A stretch of 64,000 nt of DNA, taken from Phycisphaerae bacterium (GTDB taxonomy: Bacteria; Planctomycetota; Phycisphaerae; UBA1845). Location: contig CAXXGO010000006.1 of the NCBI GenBank assembly GCA_963666835.2, positions 2,144,001 to 2,208,000 on the forward strand, in the 5' to 3' direction. Positions 1 to 10,165 of this stretch are shown piece after piece (the first letter of the stretch is position 1; each line of letters begins with the position of its first letter). The translations under genes and the position numbers were made by a program. Under the pieces are notes generated by a model that did not search any database, was not told where the DNA came from, and saw only the letters and a list, made by a program, of their open reading frames with translations.

Positions 1-2
1 CT

Positions 3-1121
3 GACCGCCGGCGCATGCGTGATCTGCTCGGCGAACTTACCCTTCCGCCCGATATGGGGTTTATCCTCCGCACTGCCGGGCTCGGCCGCCCGAAGCGGGA
101 GCTGCAACGCGATCTCAACTACCTGCTGCGGTTGTGGAAGACTGTAGTCGGACGGATCAAGCGGGTGTCAGCTCCGGCCGAGCTATACCAGGAATCAGAT
201 TTGGTAACGCGTACGATCAGGGACGTCTATACCAGCGATTTCAAACGGGTTGTATTGGATGACGCCGAGACCGCCAAGAGGGTGCGCGAGTTCCTGCAGA
301 TCGCGATGCCGCGTACTCGACCGGTCGTGGAGCTCTATTCACAGCGGGAACCGCTCTTCCATCGGCTCGGGATCGAAGAGGAGATCGAGCGAATCAGCAT
401 GCGGCAGGTGCCGCTGCCGTCCGGCGGGTCGATCGTAATCGACACGACGGAGGCGATGGTGGCCATCGATGTCAACAGCGGGCGATTCCGCAGTATCGAG
501 GATGCGGAGGAGACGGCGTTTCGGATCAATATCGAGGCGGCCGAGGAGATCGCCCGTCAACTGCGCTTGCGTGATCTCGGCGGGTTGATCGTGTGCGATT
601 TCATCGATATGCGCAGCGATGCCCACAAACGAGAGATGGAGCGTGCTCTACGCGACGCTCTGAAGAAACACAAGGAGCGCGCCCACGTTCTCCGGACCAG
701 CGCGTTCGGGTTGATCGAGATGACGCGCCAGCGTCAGGGCCCGTCCCTGAAGAGAAACGTCTACTACGACTGCCCGCATTGCCATGGAACCGGGCTGGTC
801 AAAATGCCGGAGTCGGTGATGCTCGATGTTATGCGCATCGTCCAATTGGCGGTTCATCACGAAGAGGTGCAACTGGTTACCATCACGGTCTCCACTGACG
901 TCGGCTTCGCCATCTTGAACCGCAAACGCTTGATCTTGAGCGAGATCGAAGCGGAGACCGGTAAACAGGTGATCGTTCGGGGCGACCCCGGATTCACCAG
1001 CGATCAGATCGAGTGCCTCTGCGAGGACGCGCGGGGACAACCCGTTTCGGTAGGACGCGGTGGGGCGGCGCCCTACACGGGTCAGCCGGGCTCCGCTAAC
1101 CGCGGTCGTAGTTCGCGATGA
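3..1121 (+). CDS. Rne/Rng family ribonuclease, C-terminal part (5' end lies outside the window)
   Basis: GFILRTA, IDTTEAMVAIDVNSG, RQLRLRDLGGLIVCDFIDM, FGLIEMTRQR and CPHCHGTG zinc-link motifs; frame open to the window edge. Confidence 0.95.
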   Translation, partial: DRRRMRDLLGELTLPPDMGFILRTAGLGRPKRELQRDLNYLLRLWKTVVGRIKRVSAPAELYQESDLVTRTIRDVYTSDFKRVVLDDAETAKRVREFLQIAMPRTRPVVELYSQREPLFHRLGIEEEIERISMRQVPLPSGGSIVIDTTEAMVAIDVNSGRFRSIEDAEETAFRINIEAAEEIARQLRLRDLGGLIVCDFIDMRSDAHKREMERALRDALKKHKERAHVLRTSAFGLIEMTRQRQGPSLKRNVYYDCPHCHGTGLVKMPESVMLDVMRIVQLAVHHEEVQLVTITVSTDVGFAILNRKRLILSEIEAETGKQVIVRGDPGFTSDQIECLCEDARGQPVSVGRGGAAPYTGQPGSANRGRSSR

Positions 1122-1163
1122 CGAGCCCCCGAACGCGTCGTTGAAAGCCGTGCCGGGCAGCCG

Positions 1164-1979
1164 TCAATACGTATCCGGACTCTCAACGGACTCCGCTTCG
1201 GTGAGCTGATCGAAGTAGGCACTACGCGGGGCATCGGTCGAGCAGTTGGTCTGTTTGGCCACGAATCCCTGCGGTTCCGTCATTTGGGCCATCGTGTGCC
1301 TGGCGAGCATCAGTTCAACGAAGCCGCACTCCTCGGGACCGGGGCAGTCTTCCGGTTCGGCGTGGGGATAACCCAGTGTGTGGGCGATTTCGTGGGCGCA
1401 GACGTTGGCGAAGACCATGACCCAGTCGTTAAACGAATAGCGGCCTCCGAGCTGGCGGACCCGCTTGCCGAAGATCAGCGCGGAGTTGTCATGCTGACGG
1501 TCGCAGGGGTCGTACTCCGCCTCTCCGATGTCAGTGCCCCCGCTCGGCGGGATCGCTTCGGTAATGAGGACGACGGTGTCAGCGTCAGTGTCCGGGTCGT
1601 CATTGTTGCGGATTACCACGGCCACGTTCGGGCAGTCGCAGTAGATGTTGGTGATCTCGAGCCGGACCTGCTCCTTGAAGTACTCGATATCGTCGGCCAG
1701 CGTGTCGCCGTCGGTTATCGCGAATTCCGAGAAATCCAGCCCCTCGAACTGCACGTCGGGGTATATCGGGCTCGTGCCGCCCGCCCAACTGAGGACGATC
1801 AGCTCTGTAGTGTTGGTGTCCGCCATGACGCCCTGCGTGCATTCCGCAGCGAGCACGGTACGGGCGACCGTGGGGTCGATGATGGTGTTGCCGCACCCGC
1901 ACATCGCGGCGAACGACGAAACGAACGACCCGATAACGAGTGCGCGCAGCGCGCACCGATAGCAGCGTGTGGTAGTCAA
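1164..1979 (-). CDS. Exported (probable lipoprotein) metzincin-type zinc metallopeptidase
   Basis: TTG start after AAGGGG; hydrophobic signal ending AAMCGC; HEIAHTLGYPH matches HExxHxxGxxH; downstream ELM is a possible Met-turn. Confidence 0.7.
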   Translation of the reverse strand: MTTTRCYRCALRALVIGSFVSSFAAMCGCGNTIIDPTVARTVLAAECTQGVMADTNTTELIVLSWAGGTSPIYPDVQFEGLDFSEFAITDGDTLADDIEYFKEQVRLEITNIYCDCPNVAVVIRNNDDPDTDADTVVLITEAIPPSGGTDIGEAEYDPCDRQHDNSALIFGKRVRQLGGRYSFNDWVMVFANVCAHEIAHTLGYPHAEPEDCPGPEECGFVELMLARHTMAQMTEPQGFVAKQTNCSTDAPRSAYFDQLTEAESVESPDTY

Positions 1980-2229
1980 CTTCTTTCCCCCTTAGAAGCA
2001 ACTTGTTGGCAGATGCCCGCGGATCGCGGGGCGTGTGGGTTTCTACCTATTTGTTGGCACGCCGACCGCCGAAGTCAAGCGGCGGCAAGTTCAGCCCAAC
2101 GTGCCTCAACCGGGCGTCCCCGCAGAGCGGATCTTATCGGTCCGGTCGCGGAATCGAGGTGACACAAGCGCGTCAGGAGAGTAGGACGATGTTTATTGGA
2201 GGTTACGCGGGGGTGGCGTCGCCCGCCAA

Positions 2230-2330
2230 GTAACTCAGGCTTCCAGCCTGCCGGAGGCTCGGCAGACGCGCGATAAGTTCGAGGATGCAGACAAGATGTC
2301 TGCGTTACGCAACGCCGGCTTCCAGCCTGC
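2230..2330. repeat. Cluster of three short REP-like palindromes
   Basis: GTAACT-CAGGC-TTCCA-GCCTG (2230, +), GTAAC-GCAGAC-ATCTT-GTCTGC (2287-2308, -), GCAAC-GCCGGC-TTCCA-GCCTGC (2309, +). Confidence 0.65.
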
Positions 2331-2490
2331 CCGCCGGCTGGGCCTTGATAAAGGCGGGAGGATCCGAACCGACCTTGCCGCAAGCAGGTGTTCTACCGGA
2401 CGGAAAGGTTCGGGTCGAATCCACACCGTGCGCTGTCTCTGGACTATTCAAGAGCATGGGCGTACGTGAAGACCCAGGTGTGACGTAGCA

Positions 2491-3210
2491 CTAGTCCCGC
2501 AGCGCCAGTGGCGGTGCCAGGATTTCACTCATTACGATCGCGCGACGCAGGGCAGCACGTGAGGGACGCCGGACTTGATCGAGAAGCTCGTCTTTCGTTT
2601 CTACTACGGTTTGCTCCGTGACGTCCAAGTTGCCCAAGTGCCCTTCCGGAGCCAAGTGCCCCAAATGCTCCTCCGGATCCAGGTGGGGCAGGTGATCTGT
2701 CGGCTCGAACCCATGCGAGGCCGTCGCGGCGACAGTCTCTGCGGATCGCGAGGCCCGCCGGGCCGGTCGGCGTTTTGCCGGGGCAGGGGGGACGCCGCGG
2801 CGCGATTGCGCCGGCTCGTCAGTGGGGCTCGCCGGATGCAGTGTCTTCGGCGCAGGGCGTGCCACCGGGGTGTCGGTGGGCGCAACCAGCGGCGGAGTGA
2901 CGCGCTTGTCCGGAACGCGTTCTAACACGAGGGGCCTAAGTGGAGCGGGATGCGCCGGAGGGGGTTGACTGCCGCGCGCCGGCATTGGCCTGGCCGGCGG
3001 GTGGTCGGGGCGTGCCGGACCGGGGATCCGTCCCGGGAAGTCCTCCGATTCGGGACTCGGACTCTCCTTCGAACCAAAGTGTTCGATCAGCTTCTTGGAT
3101 ACGGATCCCAGGGCGGAGCCGCCGACCACGAGGATCAGGATGACGATCTGGACCCAATCGTCGACATCCGCGAGAAAGAGGGGCACAGGCTGGGTTATCG
3201 CCGGAAGCAT
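2491..3210 (-). CDS. Membrane-anchored Pro-rich protein, last gene of the nfeD-floA cluster
   Basis: N-terminal TM (WVQIVILILVVGG), long Pro/Ala linker, C-terminal LRRAIVMSEILAPPLALR motif of the kind found downstream of floA. Confidence 0.75.
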   Translation of the reverse strand: MLPAITQPVPLFLADVDDWVQIVILILVVGGSALGSVSKKLIEHFGSKESPSPESEDFPGRIPGPARPDHPPARPMPARGSQPPPAHPAPLRPLVLERVPDKRVTPPLVAPTDTPVARPAPKTLHPASPTDEPAQSRRGVPPAPAKRRPARRASRSAETVAATASHGFEPTDHLPHLDPEEHLGHLAPEGHLGNLDVTEQTVVETKDELLDQVRRPSRAALRRAIVMSEILAPPLALRD

Positions 3211-3338
3211 CTTGATCCTCTATTACCTTTGCGGTACTCCCCCGCATCCTAGGAGCCCCGGCCGCCCGTTTCGGCACGCCGGAGCCCCGCCGTGAAACTC
3301 ACCTCGCTGCATCATTGCCAACGCCTAGCGCGCCCGCG

Positions 3339-4394
3339 TCAGCCTTTCGGCTCCGCACTCCCGTCAGTTCCGCCGATCGAATCCCGCATGCTCGTATCCG
3401 CTTGGATGTTCTTCATGCGATAGTAGTCCATGATTCCCAGATTGCCGCTGCGGAAAGCCTCGGCCATGGCTTTCGGCACCTCCGCCTCGGCCAAAACGAC
3501 TTTGGCCCGGTTGTCTTCGACCTTCGCCCGGTTCTCGGCCGCGGTGGCGATGGCGGCCGCGCGGCGCTTCTCGGCTTCCGCCTGGAAGCGACGCTTGTCG
3601 GCCTCGGCCTGGTCGGCCTGCAGTTTGGCGCCGATGTTGCTCCCGACGTCCACGTCCGCAATGTCGATCGAGAGAATCTCAAAAGCTGTGCCCGAGTCCA
3701 GACCCTTAGCGAGCACTGCCTTCGTAATCATGTCCGGGTTCTCCAGCACGGCCTTGTGGGAATCCGCCGAGCCGATTGCGCTAACGATCGCTTCGCCAAC
3801 GCGGGCGACCACGGTCTCTTCGGTGGCACCGCCAATCAACTGAGAAATATTGGTGCGCACGGTCACCCGGGCCTTGGCCTTGAGCTGAATCCCGTCTTTG
3901 GCCACCGCGTCAATCGTCATCTTGCCCCGCTCCGGGTTGGGACAATCGATCACCTTCGGGTTAACGCTGGTATTGATGGCTTCAATAATATCCCGACCGG
4001 CCAGGTCGATAGCGCAAGCCTTCTTCCAATCCAACTGGATGCTCGCCCGGTTAGCCGCGATCATCGCGCGGGCGACGTTGTACACACGTCCGCCGGCCAG
4101 GTAGTGACTTTCCAGATCGCTGGTTTCGATATCGTGGATCGCCGCTTTGACCAGTTGGATCTTGGCCAGCACGATCATACTGGCATCCACCTTACGCAGG
4201 CGCATCCCGATCAGGTCGAACATGGAAACGCCGGCGTTGCTCATGTAGGCCTGCAGCCACAGCCTGAAGAACTGGGCGACAACGAGCAGGATGACGAGGC
4301 AGATTACTCCGCCTACGATCGCCAGGATCACACCCCAACCCCATTCGGACCCGCCTTGAGATTGCGCCAGCAGACTTTGAGTCGCGAGATTCAT
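3339..4394 (-). CDS. floA: Flotillin-like protein FloA (YqfA/UPF0365)
   Basis: [61 protein letters not shown] motifs. Confidence 0.95.
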   Translation of the reverse strand: MNLATQSLLAQSQGGSEWGWGVILAIVGGVICLVILLVVAQFFRLWLQAYMSNAGVSMFDLIGMRLRKVDASMIVLAKIQLVKAAIHDIETSDLESHYLAGGRVYNVARAMIAANRASIQLDWKKACAIDLAGRDIIEAINTSVNPKVIDCPNPERGKMTIDAVAKDGIQLKAKARVTVRTNISQLIGGATEETVVARVGEAIVSAIGSADSHKAVLENPDMITKAVLAKGLDSGTAFEILSIDIADVDVGSNIGAKLQADQAEADKRRFQAEAEKRRAAAIATAAENRAKVEDNRAKVVLAEAEVPKAMAEAFRSGNLGIMDYYRMKNIQADTSMRDSIGGTDGSAEPKG

Positions 4395-4456
4395 GAGCCG
4401 TTACCTTTCGAGCTTATGCGTCCGCACTGGCGAGTTCTCATCGCCGGCGGATTCCC

Positions 4457-4948
4457 TTATGCCTTCTTCTCCACGACGATCAGGTTGCTGCCCTTGATCC
4501 CCGTGCCTTCGACCGTAACCCCGGCCTCGACCATTTCAAGTTCCACAACGCATGATACGCGCCGCCCGTTGAACTCGGAAATCCCCACCGGGCGATGCGG
4601 CGACACCGTTCGACCGACCTGGCCGATGAGCTTAGTGAGCTCCTCTACAGGTACACCAGTATCGGCCGCCGTCAGCACGGGGTTCGGCGGGGCTATCCGC
4701 CGGCCAACCGGGGTGAGGTGCCAATACTTGATGGCCAGGAATGCGAAGATCGGGAGGAGCACCATGCAAGTCAATACCGCGACGATACCGGCCTCGCGCC
4801 CTCCGTAGCTGAACGTCTTGGTCACCGCGGCCACCAGAAACCCCACCCCGGCAAGCGTGAGTATGCCGTGAGACGGGATGAAGATCTCTGCAACCAGGAT
4901 CAAGGCCCCGATTACGTACAGCGTTATCAGAATGGCTACGTCGGACAT
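4457..4948 (-). CDS. Short NfeD family protein (TM segments + OB-fold)
   Basis: AEIFIPSHG TM motif; C-terminal IGQVGRTVSPHRPVG OB-fold. Confidence 0.88.
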   Translation of the reverse strand: MSDVAILITLYVIGALILVAEIFIPSHGILTLAGVGFLVAAVTKTFSYGGREAGIVAVLTCMVLLPIFAFLAIKYWHLTPVGRRIAPPNPVLTAADTGVPVEELTKLIGQVGRTVSPHRPVGISEFNGRRVSCVVELEMVEAGVTVEGTGIKGSNLIVVEKKA

Positions 4949-4985
4949 CGCTACGTTTCTTCCAAGTCGCTCGTGGCGCCGAATC

Positions 4986-5474
4986 CTAATCCACCGTCAC
5001 CGTTTCTTGCTCCGAATCGGAGCAGTCAATCCCGCTTGCGTCAGTGCGGGCGTTGATGGCTTCGATAATATCGTGCCCGGACAGATCGTTGGCACAGGCC
5101 GTCCGCCAATCCAGTTCGATGTTTGCCTGGTTGGCGGCGATCATGGCACGGGTAACGTTGGGCACGCGTCCACCGGCCAGGCAGTGACGCTCCAAATCCG
5201 TCGTCGACACGTCGTGAATGTCCGCGTTAACCAGTTGAATCTTGGCGAGCACGATCATGTTGGCATCCACCTGCCGCAAACGCATACCGATCAAATCAAG
5301 CATCGAGACCCCGGCATTGTTCATGTAGGCCCGTAGCCAAAGCCGAAAGTACTGGGCTAAGACCACCAGTATGACGAGGAGCACCACGCCGGCTGAGATC
5401 GCCAGAATCAGCAGCCATTGTCCATCGACGCCGGTCGGGGACTGCGCTAACAGGCTCTCAGCCGTGAGACTCAT
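4986..5474 (-). CDS. Truncated FloA paralogue (N-terminal ~160 aa only); possibly a pseudogene
   Basis: Colinear with the FloA N-terminus ([43 protein letters not shown]), then stops; start set at MSLTAESLL by homology. Confidence 0.8.
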   Translation of the reverse strand: MSLTAESLLAQSPTGVDGQWLLILAISAGVVLLVILVVLAQYFRLWLRAYMNNAGVSMLDLIGMRLRQVDANMIVLAKIQLVNADIHDVSTTDLERHCLAGGRVPNVTRAMIAANQANIELDWRTACANDLSGHDIIEAINARTDASGIDCSDSEQETVTVD

Positions 5475-5558
5475 GAGCCGTCGCCTTTCGATCTGAAACT
5501 GCGCACCAGATCTCATCCTCCGCCGTCAGATTCCTGCGAATGTTGCGTTTGCGACATA

Positions 5559-7286
5559 CTATGTCGCCGCCCGAACCACCACGCGATTGCCGCGGTGTTC
5601 GATGACTTCAACGGTCGTATTGCTATCAAGATAGTCGCCTTGAGTCACCACGTCGACCAGAACCCCACCAAAACGAGCCTTGCCCGCCGGACGAAGCGGT
5701 CCCGCCGTAACCCCGCGATCGCCCACCCGGGCAGCGCCGTGATAGGGATCCTCAACCAACACCTCCGAAGGGGTTGGGTTGGCCGGGACGATCCTGCGGA
5801 ACGCCGGGACGCGCGGCAGGAACCGGCTCAAAACGAAGACGCCCACCAGTGACGCCCCCATCGAACAGACCAGGGTTATTATCGCCACCTTCAACGCGTG
5901 GATCGTGGACGGCAGACTCGGCAGATACAACGGGAGCGTCCGTCCCGGCTCCGGCGGAACAAACGTCGCCAGCAGGCCCACCACCAGCAGAATCAGCCCG
6001 GCAATGCCCGCCACCCCGAACCCCGGGATTACGAACACCTCCAACGCCATCAGCAGAATGCCGACGAGGATCAGCGCGATCTCCCAGACGTTGGCCAAGC
6101 CGGTCAGGTAGGGGGCGCCCACGAAGATGGCCAGACATATTAGCGCCACCAAGCCGGGAACCCCGACACCGGGAGTGTGAAACTCAACGTACGCCCCCAG
6201 CAGAATGATCACCATCAAGAACCCGCGCACTACGCCGGAGGTCAGCCAGTATGCCAAATGCTCCGACCACGTCGGCGCAAAGCGCACAAGCGATGACACT
6301 CCATAACGCTCCTTCAGGGCGTCTTCATCGGGCACCATGCCCTTGCTGAATCCGTAAGCCTGCGCCTCGCCGGCCGACATCTCCAGGAGCTGGTTAGAGG
6401 GCACGATCGGACCCTTCAGCGGAATGTCCATATCGAGGACCGGATCGTAATACGAATCGACAACCCGCCACGGGGTATCCGCCCGGGCGGCATCCGTCCC
6501 GGCGTCCTCCTCGGTGTCAGATTCCTCATCTGCCTCGTCGGATTTCGCCTTCTTGCCGTCGGCCTTCTTTGTTTCCTCCTCGCCGAGCAGCTCCAGTTTC
6601 TCTTCGCGGAAAACGAACTTGCGCTCTTTGGTCTCGCGGTTCTCGATCCACCATACTTCCCGATCCGGCAGAACGAACGCCTCGCACAGGACCTCGTCAT
6701 ACCCGTTCAACCGGGCCGAGGCCCGAAACTCCGCCAGAACCGGTGTGTAGGCCTTTGGCTGTAGCTCCTCCGGAACGGCCTGGGCACCACCCGGCCCGCC
6801 TAAAATTACCTGAGAATCTCCCATACGCGATGACCGGGCCATGACGATCTCGTCGCACGCCACGGCTACGATCGAACCGCCGGAATGGGCGTTGGGATTG
6901 ACCCAGGCTACGGTCTTGATGTCGGTGAGGTTCTTTATCAGGTCGGCGATGGTGATTGAGCTGGTAACCAGCCCGCCCGGCGTGTCCATATCGAAGATGA
7001 TGACCTCGGCGCCTTTTGCCCGGGCATCCTCGATCCGTCGTTTGAGCGATTCCGCCATGACGTCGGTGATCGCGCCCTCAATGGGCAGGACTCCGGCGAT
7101 GCCTCCTTCGGGGGCGACGGCCTCGGCGATCTCGATTGGCTCGGCCGCTTTCGCCGTCTCTGCGGTATCGGTTGGGGCGGGCGGATCTTGGGCTCTGACC
7201 GACGGAATCGCCATCAAGGCAACCGCCGCTGCCGCAATCAGCCGCCACCTTCGCCGCGAGTACGCAAATCGAGTCATGCTCATCAT
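5559..7286 (-). CDS. Long NfeD membrane-bound ClpP-class serine protease
   Basis: Signal peptide, MDTPGGL, AHSGG (Ser), EFHTPG and EVFVIPGFG TM motifs, C-terminal LRPAGKA OB-fold; acidic insertion. Confidence 0.92.
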   Translation of the reverse strand: MMSMTRFAYSRRRWRLIAAAAVALMAIPSVRAQDPPAPTDTAETAKAAEPIEIAEAVAPEGGIAGVLPIEGAITDVMAESLKRRIEDARAKGAEVIIFDMDTPGGLVTSSITIADLIKNLTDIKTVAWVNPNAHSGGSIVAVACDEIVMARSSRMGDSQVILGGPGGAQAVPEELQPKAYTPVLAEFRASARLNGYDEVLCEAFVLPDREVWWIENRETKERKFVFREEKLELLGEEETKKADGKKAKSDEADEESDTEEDAGTDAARADTPWRVVDSYYDPVLDMDIPLKGPIVPSNQLLEMSAGEAQAYGFSKGMVPDEDALKERYGVSSLVRFAPTWSEHLAYWLTSGVVRGFLMVIILLGAYVEFHTPGVGVPGLVALICLAIFVGAPYLTGLANVWEIALILVGILLMALEVFVIPGFGVAGIAGLILLVVGLLATFVPPEPGRTLPLYLPSLPSTIHALKVAIITLVCSMGASLVGVFVLSRFLPRVPAFRRIVPANPTPSEVLVEDPYHGAARVGDRGVTAGPLRPAGKARFGGVLVDVVTQGDYLDSNTTVEVIEHRGNRVVVRAAT

Positions 7287-7472
7287 GGTTCAACCCTCAA
7301 CCGCGCGCCGCTCCGATCTGCCCAGAATCCACCGGATTACCACGAAAATTCTACGGTCCGGTGCGATAATCAGCAAGTTGAAAGATCGTCTGCGATTGTA
7401 ATCGCCCGCGTTCTCGCCACGAAAGGAGGCGGGGCAGGAGATGGTATCGGTCTGGCAGATGGCGTCACTTCA

Positions 7473-7502
7473 GTAGGACACGGTCGAGGTACGAGACCTG
7501 CC
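7473..7502 (+). repeat. GTAG-type REP, family X
   Basis: GTAGGACACGGTCGAGGTACGAGACCTGCC; related copies at 16185, 39544, 39757, 40698, 40957. Confidence 0.85.
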
Positions 7503-7636
7503 GCCGCCCAAACGGCTGAAAGACGCCGGCTGTGAGTGCCGCTCGGTACCGATACTATGCTCCGCTTGCGTCTGGTCTTCCGCCTGCCCGTTGCGCCCTT
7601 GTTGTCGTCCTGTTAAGGGCGATACGCCGCGGGGAT

Positions 7637-8596
7637 TCAGCCGGTTGCCGCGGAGCTGCTTCCCTCGGTCTTCCACCAATCCACCGTACGTTGTAGTCCG
7701 GTTTCCAGGCTGATCTCGGCCCGCCAGTCGAGAAGCTCGTTTGCCCGCGAGGTATCCAGTTGCCGCCGGGGCTGCCCGGCGGGGCGGCTCTCGTCCCAGC
7801 TTATCGTCCCGGAGAAGCCGCAGAGTCGGGCGATCATTGCGGCCAGATCGGCGACCACGATTTCCCGGCCGGTGCCCAGGTTGATCGGGCTGGGGTCGTT
7901 ATGCACCGCCGCCGCCCGGACGATTCCGTCCGCGGCGTCGTCCACGTAAAGGAACTCACGGCTTACCCGTCCGCTGCCCCAGCAGGTAACCTCGGGCCTC
8001 TTTTCCGCCGCCGCCTCGCAGAACTTGCGGATCAGTGCCGGAATCACATGTGACGTTTCCAGATCAAAGTCGTCGCGAGGGCCGTACAGGTTGACGGGCA
8101 CGACGAAGATCCCGTTGAACCCGTATTCTCGGTGGTAGGCGTCGAGCATTGTGCCCAAAGCCCGCTTCGCCACGCCGTATGGGGCGTTGGTCTCTTCGGG
8201 ATACCCGTTCCAAAGGTCATCCTCGCGGAACGGGACCGGGCAGTGCTTCGGATAGGCGCAAACCGTTCCGATCTGTACAAACTTCTCGATATCGCGCCGC
8301 CGCGCCTCTTCGATCAAGTGCAGGCCCATGGCCATGTTGGCGTAGAAGAACCGACCGGGCTCCTTCTCGTTGGCCCCGATCCCGCCGACCTCGGCCGCGA
8401 GGTGAATGACCACGTCCGGGCGGGCGTCGTCAAACAGCCGGGCGACGGCCTCTGCGGCGGTCAGGTCATAATCGGCTGATCGTGGTACTAAGACGTCGGC
8501 CACATCGTGTCGCCGCAGCCGATCGCACACGACCCGCCCGAGGAACCCCGCTCCCCCGGTAACACACACCCGTTTGCCGGTCAGATACGATGACAT
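7637..8596 (-). CDS. fcl: GDP-L-fucose synthase
   Basis: TGGAGFLG, HLAAEVGGIGAN, GYPEETNAPYGVAK, PVNLYGPRD, SHVIPALIRK; real start MSSYLTGKRV (ORF track over-extends). Confidence 0.95.
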   Translation of the reverse strand: MSSYLTGKRVCVTGGAGFLGRVVCDRLRRHDVADVLVPRSADYDLTAAEAVARLFDDARPDVVIHLAAEVGGIGANEKEPGRFFYANMAMGLHLIEEARRRDIEKFVQIGTVCAYPKHCPVPFREDDLWNGYPEETNAPYGVAKRALGTMLDAYHREYGFNGIFVVPVNLYGPRDDFDLETSHVIPALIRKFCEAAAEKRPEVTCWGSGRVSREFLYVDDAADGIVRAAAVHNDPSPINLGTGREIVVADLAAMIARLCGFSGTISWDESRPAGQPRRQLDTSRANELLDWRAEISLETGLQRTVDWWKTEGSSSAATG

Positions 8597-8720
8597 CCGC
8601 ACCACGCTCCGAGAACGCCAAACCGCCGAACCCCGCCAAGCTCCGCCTATCGTAACACCACGCGCCATCGGTGACCAATTGGCGCCGTGGCCGTGGCGTC
8701 TCGCCCGGTTCTTGGGCGTG

Positions 8721-8755
8721 GGGTGCCCCGTCCCTCGCCTCAGGCGAAGGGTGGG
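8721..8755 (+). repeat. GGGTGCCCC...GGGTGGG palindromic repeat, family W
   Basis: GGGTGCCCCGTCCC-TCGCCTCAGGCGA-AGGGTGGG; same head and tail as copies at 38537, 39424/39463, ~40549. Confidence 0.6.
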
Positions 8756-8822
8756 GAATGGATGGGCATAGGATTGGCCAAACGTGGATTCGAATCCCGG
8801 TCCGCTGTGCGGACCACATTCC

Positions 8823-9779
8823 TTACCGCTTCCTCGTCCGATCTTGCGTTGGCGAATCCGCCGACTCGGCCCCGGGGACTTGCGAGACGGTCCAGCCTGC
8901 TTCCTTCCCCTTCCGTGCGCGGAACACCGCACGTGGTTCGTCTGAAGAGTGAAACCCGAACATTCCGGGCTCATCAATGCGGAGGATCCAGGCCACGCCG
9001 TCGTCTGGTATGCTCCGAGACCATATCGCGTTTCCCGACTCGTCAACAACGGCGAACAGATCACCCCTTGACCCCACGGACGCATGGAAGATGACGAGGG
9101 GAGTATCCGGGACCCACCGCAAGTCGTCCATTCTTGCTCGGGGGCGGCCACGAGCGGTCCAGGCGCTTGCCGCGTCGAATCGCTTGAGCAGCTTGCCGGT
9201 TGCCAGGTCGAAGATCCAGAGGACGCTGCCTCCGTTGCCGCACTCATTGAGTTCCTCCACCCAGACAACGACGCGACCATCATCATCCGACACCATGAGG
9301 CGACGAGCAAAGGGGTGCCATAGCCCGAGTAATCCGTCGTGTGATCGCTCCGATATGTGGTTCAGAACCTCCTTCCCGTCCTGCCTGAGAATGACGACAT
9401 GGAAGTAAGGGGTCCCTCCCTCATCTTCTTCCGACCGATAGACGACCCCGACGATCATGCCCTCGTCGGTCACAGAAACGCCGCGAAGGGTATATGGCCT
9501 CTGCTCGGACCATAGGAGCTTATCTTCCTTGTAGAAGCGATAAGAACCGCTCCATCGGCCGAGCACACTTAAGTCGTTCGGCTGGTCGGTGCTGCTGTGA
9601 GGTTCCAGGTGAAGCGAGTATCGCCCGGACGGCGAGCGGTACGTGGCGGGGTCCACCGCGCCTTCTTCGATCACGGTATTCACCCTTACCCCCGCATCCG
9701 ACGAAGCGGACGTGACCCCGGCGACCAGAATCAAAGCGCAATATCGAACTCCAGCCGCGAAGATCTGTGAAGTATGCAT
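8823..9779 (-). CDS. Secreted hypothetical protein, beta-rich (possible propeller-like)
   Basis: Signal-like N-terminus (YCALILVAGVTSA), short beta strands such as YRSPSGRYSL, LWIFDLATGKLL; no family recognised. Confidence 0.6.
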   Translation of the reverse strand: MHTSQIFAAGVRYCALILVAGVTSASSDAGVRVNTVIEEGAVDPATYRSPSGRYSLHLEPHSSTDQPNDLSVLGRWSGSYRFYKEDKLLWSEQRPYTLRGVSVTDEGMIVGVVYRSEEDEGGTPYFHVVILRQDGKEVLNHISERSHDGLLGLWHPFARRLMVSDDDGRVVVWVEELNECGNGGSVLWIFDLATGKLLKRFDAASAWTARGRPRARMDDLRWVPDTPLVIFHASVGSRGDLFAVVDESGNAIWSRSIPDDGVAWILRIDEPGMFGFHSSDEPRAVFRARKGKEAGWTVSQVPGAESADSPTQDRTRKR

Positions 9780-10059
9780 AGCGATCCTCTCGTTTGTGTG
9801 GCGGGCTGCCAAAGCAAGGCAGTCTTGCACCCTCTACCGGATCCTCATTGTCTCTGCGATTGGAGTGATCTGCAAGGAAAGCAGGACAATGCCGTTCGGA
9901 GTCGTGCGTGGAACTACCTCACAGGCCTACAGCAAAGACCACACGATGCGATCAAACCAGTACGCCAACACAACTGCTGCCGGGAGGAACCCAGCTCCGG
10001 CGGCGACCAGAAGCGCGGGGCACCCGGCCCGCAGGGTCCGCACAGAGAGGTAGATCAGA

Positions 10060-10107
10060 TCAACGACCTGCCTTCGCGCTGCGCAAATAGCAAAGGCAGG
10101 TCATTGA
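10060..10107 (-). terminator. 18-bp hairpin downstream of the S41 protease gene
   Basis: TCAACGACCTGCCTTCGC / GCAAAGGCAGGTCATTGA; both mismatches become G-U pairs only on the minus-strand RNA; no U-tract. Confidence 0.5.
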
Positions 10108-10165
10108 CCTGGCTTGCGGGATTGTGAACGGGTTTATCGTTCAGCCGGTCGAACGCAGCTCGCGC

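Noticed and set aside
3315..4808. Long antisense ORFs (497 aa here; also 10646-11638, 14421-15596, 16969-18069, 45145-46077, 62833-63891)
   Set aside because: Shadows of well-supported genes on the opposite strand, expected at high GC
8786..8815. tRNA-like GGATTCGAATCCC
   Set aside because: Only a short palindrome; no D-arm, anticodon arm or acceptor stem can be built
8597..9310. Apparent N-terminal extension of GDP-fucose synthase (557 aa); likewise 32258-33046 for the ABC ATPase and 39662-40012 for cassette C
   Set aside because: The extensions overlap other genes or repeats and lack protein-like composition; homology starts at the downstream starts given
9928..10058. Short hydrophobic minus-strand frame (…AAVVLAYWFDRIVWSLL*)
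   Set aside because: No RBS or convincing start and it runs into a hairpin; could be a gene remnant but cannot be supported
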